Below are positions 62,975-64,000 of a DNA stretch of 64,000 nt, in pieces. The notes beneath the pieces were generated by a model, which did not search any database, was not told the DNA's origin, and saw only the letters and a list, made by a program, of their open reading frames with translations. The number at the start of each line of letters is the position of its first letter. Position 1 is the first letter of the stretch. The DNA comes from Planctomycetota bacterium (GTDB taxonomy: Bacteria > Planctomycetota > GCA-002687715 > DRQF01): assembly GCA_047639315.1 (NCBI GenBank), contig JBLINQ010000002.1:6634-70633 (forward strand). The letters are read 5' to 3'. A program made the translations under genes and the position numbers.

Positions 62975-64000
62975 ATGGTATTTACCTCAGAGATCTTTCT
63001 CTTCTATTTTCTGCCGCTCGCTATCGGTGTCTATTTTCTGTTGATCAAGGCTCCCAATTCGGTCCGAATGGGTTGGCTCACGCTGATGAGCTACGTCTTC
63101 TATGGTTGGTGGCGCGTTGATTTCATCTTCTTGATGATGACGTCAACGATCATTGATTACATCTGCGGACTCAAGGTCGGTAAGGAGAAGAGCCGGCGTC
63201 CGAAGCTGTGGTTACTATTTTCGATCACCACGAATCTCGGCCTGCTCGGTTACTTCAAGTACGCCAACTTTATCGTGGCCAACTACAATGAGTTTCTCGT
63301 GCCGAATTTTGGCGCGACCGAAATTTCCAATTGGGAACGCCTCGTTCTACCAGTCGGCATTTCCTTCTACACCTTCCAGTCGATGAGCTACACCATTGAC
63401 ATCTATCGAGGGCATGCGAAACCTGTCCGTAACATTCTCGACTTTTCGGCCTATGTCGCTTTGTTTCCGCAGCTCGTCGCTGGGCCGATCGTGCGCTATG
63501 GCGCCATCTTTGAGCAGATTGTAAAGCGCACTCATACGCTCCAGAAGTTTGGCACTGGTTGCCGACTTTTCATGATGGGTTTTGCCAAGAAGATGATCAT
63601 TGCCGATGGCGTGGGAGTCATCGCCGACGAAGTCTTTGCTCGGGGAGACGCGGGGTTCTTTCAAGCTTGGATTGGCGCGTTCTCTTACGCCCTCCAACTC
63701 TACTTTGATTTCAGTGCCTACTCAGACATGGCAATTGGCTTGGGCCTCATCTTTGGCTTCTCGTTCCCATGCAATTTCAATTCGCCCTACAAAGCAACCA
63801 GCATTACCGACTTTTGGCGGCGCTGGCATATGACACTTTCAAGCTGGCTCCGTGATTACCTCTACATCCCTTTGGGCGGTAACAAATTGGGGTCTCTTCG
63901 CACTTATCTGAATCTGATGATCGTGATGCTGCTTGGTGGCTTGTGGCATGGAGCCCAATGGACCTTCGTCATTTGGGGCGCCATTCACGGCGGCTTTCTT
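62975..64000 (+). CDS. MBOAT family O-acyltransferase (AlgI/DltB-like), N-terminal 342 codons (runs off the right edge)
   Basis: Absent from the ORF track because there is no stop in the window. My own translation from ATG 62975 is MVFTSEIFLFYFLPLAIGVYFLL...GISFYTFQSMSYTIDIYRG...FPQLVAGPIVRY...DFWRRWHMTLSSWLRDYLYIPLGGN...LLGGLWHG, which carries the canonical MBOAT/AlgI motifs including the catalytic His region. Confidence 0.9.
   Translation, partial: MVFTSEIFLFYFLPLAIGVYFLLIKAPNSVRMGWLTLMSYVFYGWWRVDFIFLMMTSTIIDYICGLKVGKEKSRRPKLWLLFSITTNLGLLGYFKYANFIVANYNEFLVPNFGATEISNWERLVLPVGISFYTFQSMSYTIDIYRGHAKPVRNILDFSAYVALFPQLVAGPIVRYGAIFEQIVKRTHTLQKFGTGCRLFMMGFAKKMIIADGVGVIADEVFARGDAGFFQAWIGAFSYALQLYFDFSAYSDMAIGLGLIFGFSFPCNFNSPYKATSITDFWRRWHMTLSSWLRDYLYIPLGGNKLGSLRTYLNLMIVMLLGGLWHGAQWTFVIWGAIHGGFL

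Noticed and set aside
59243-64000. Integrative element at the tRNA-Arg gene
   Set aside because: The 4.7 kb downstream holds no integrase, recombinase or phage-like genes, and I could not see a direct repeat of the tRNA 3' end. The flanking genes (TVP38, hemH, AlgJ/MBOAT) look like core genes.
1-64000. CRISPR arrays, IS elements, rRNA, prophage or defence islands
   Set aside because: I saw no regularly spaced direct repeats, no transposase/integrase-like ORFs and no rRNA-like segments while reading the window. Composition is uniform apart from short intergenic AT-richer stretches.

Overview
This 64 kb window is chromosomal and densely coding, about 52-54% GC, with no transposases, integrases, CRISPR arrays or rRNA. 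It has one tRNA (Arg-ACG). The gene content looks like Planctomycetota or the wider PVC group: many signal-anchored HEAT/TPR proteins, an FG-GAP propeller protease, giant fusion proteins and ECF sigma pairs. That taxonomic placement is inference only. Four blocks stand out. (1) Positions 0.5-15.2 kb hold an aerobic respiratory supercluster. It contains a Rieske / split cytochrome b complex with a 1085-aa octaheme cytochrome c, aa3-type oxidase subunits I-IV plus a second subunit III paralog, SCO, DUF420, heme O synthase and an amicyanin-like lipoprotein. Its last cistron may be recoded: signal peptide, TGA-Pro-Ser-TGA, then a TM anchor. (2) Positions 15.3-25.6 kb are housekeeping genes (mtnA, purE, purC, galE, dacB, rarA, an IMPase, arsC). 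(3) Positions 26.2-38.0 kb hold a single-chain UvrA-UvrA tandem fusion of about 1935 aa. It is translationally coupled to a bacterial XPB/ERCC3-type helicase and to a 677-aa partner whose C-terminus resembles the XPB N-terminal domain. I rate this the most interesting candidate system. (4) Positions 38-46 kb hold a 763-aa GreA fusion protein next to a serine-palmitoyltransferase-like gene, a GNAT-like acyltransferase, an SDR reductase and two GT2 genes, which may form a ceramide/glycosphingolipid-type locus. The rest encodes a PP2C phosphatase, an amidohydrolase, an S8 protease with a 7-blade FG-GAP propeller, sfsA, an ECF sigma/anti-sigma pair with a small sandwiched ORF, and an ArnT/ArnC-like pair. 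It also encodes a TVP38 protein, a ferrochelatase with an N-terminal 4-TM extension, and an AlgJ-like/MBOAT O-acylation pair that runs off the right edge. All calls come from reading motifs in the translations; no database searches were run.
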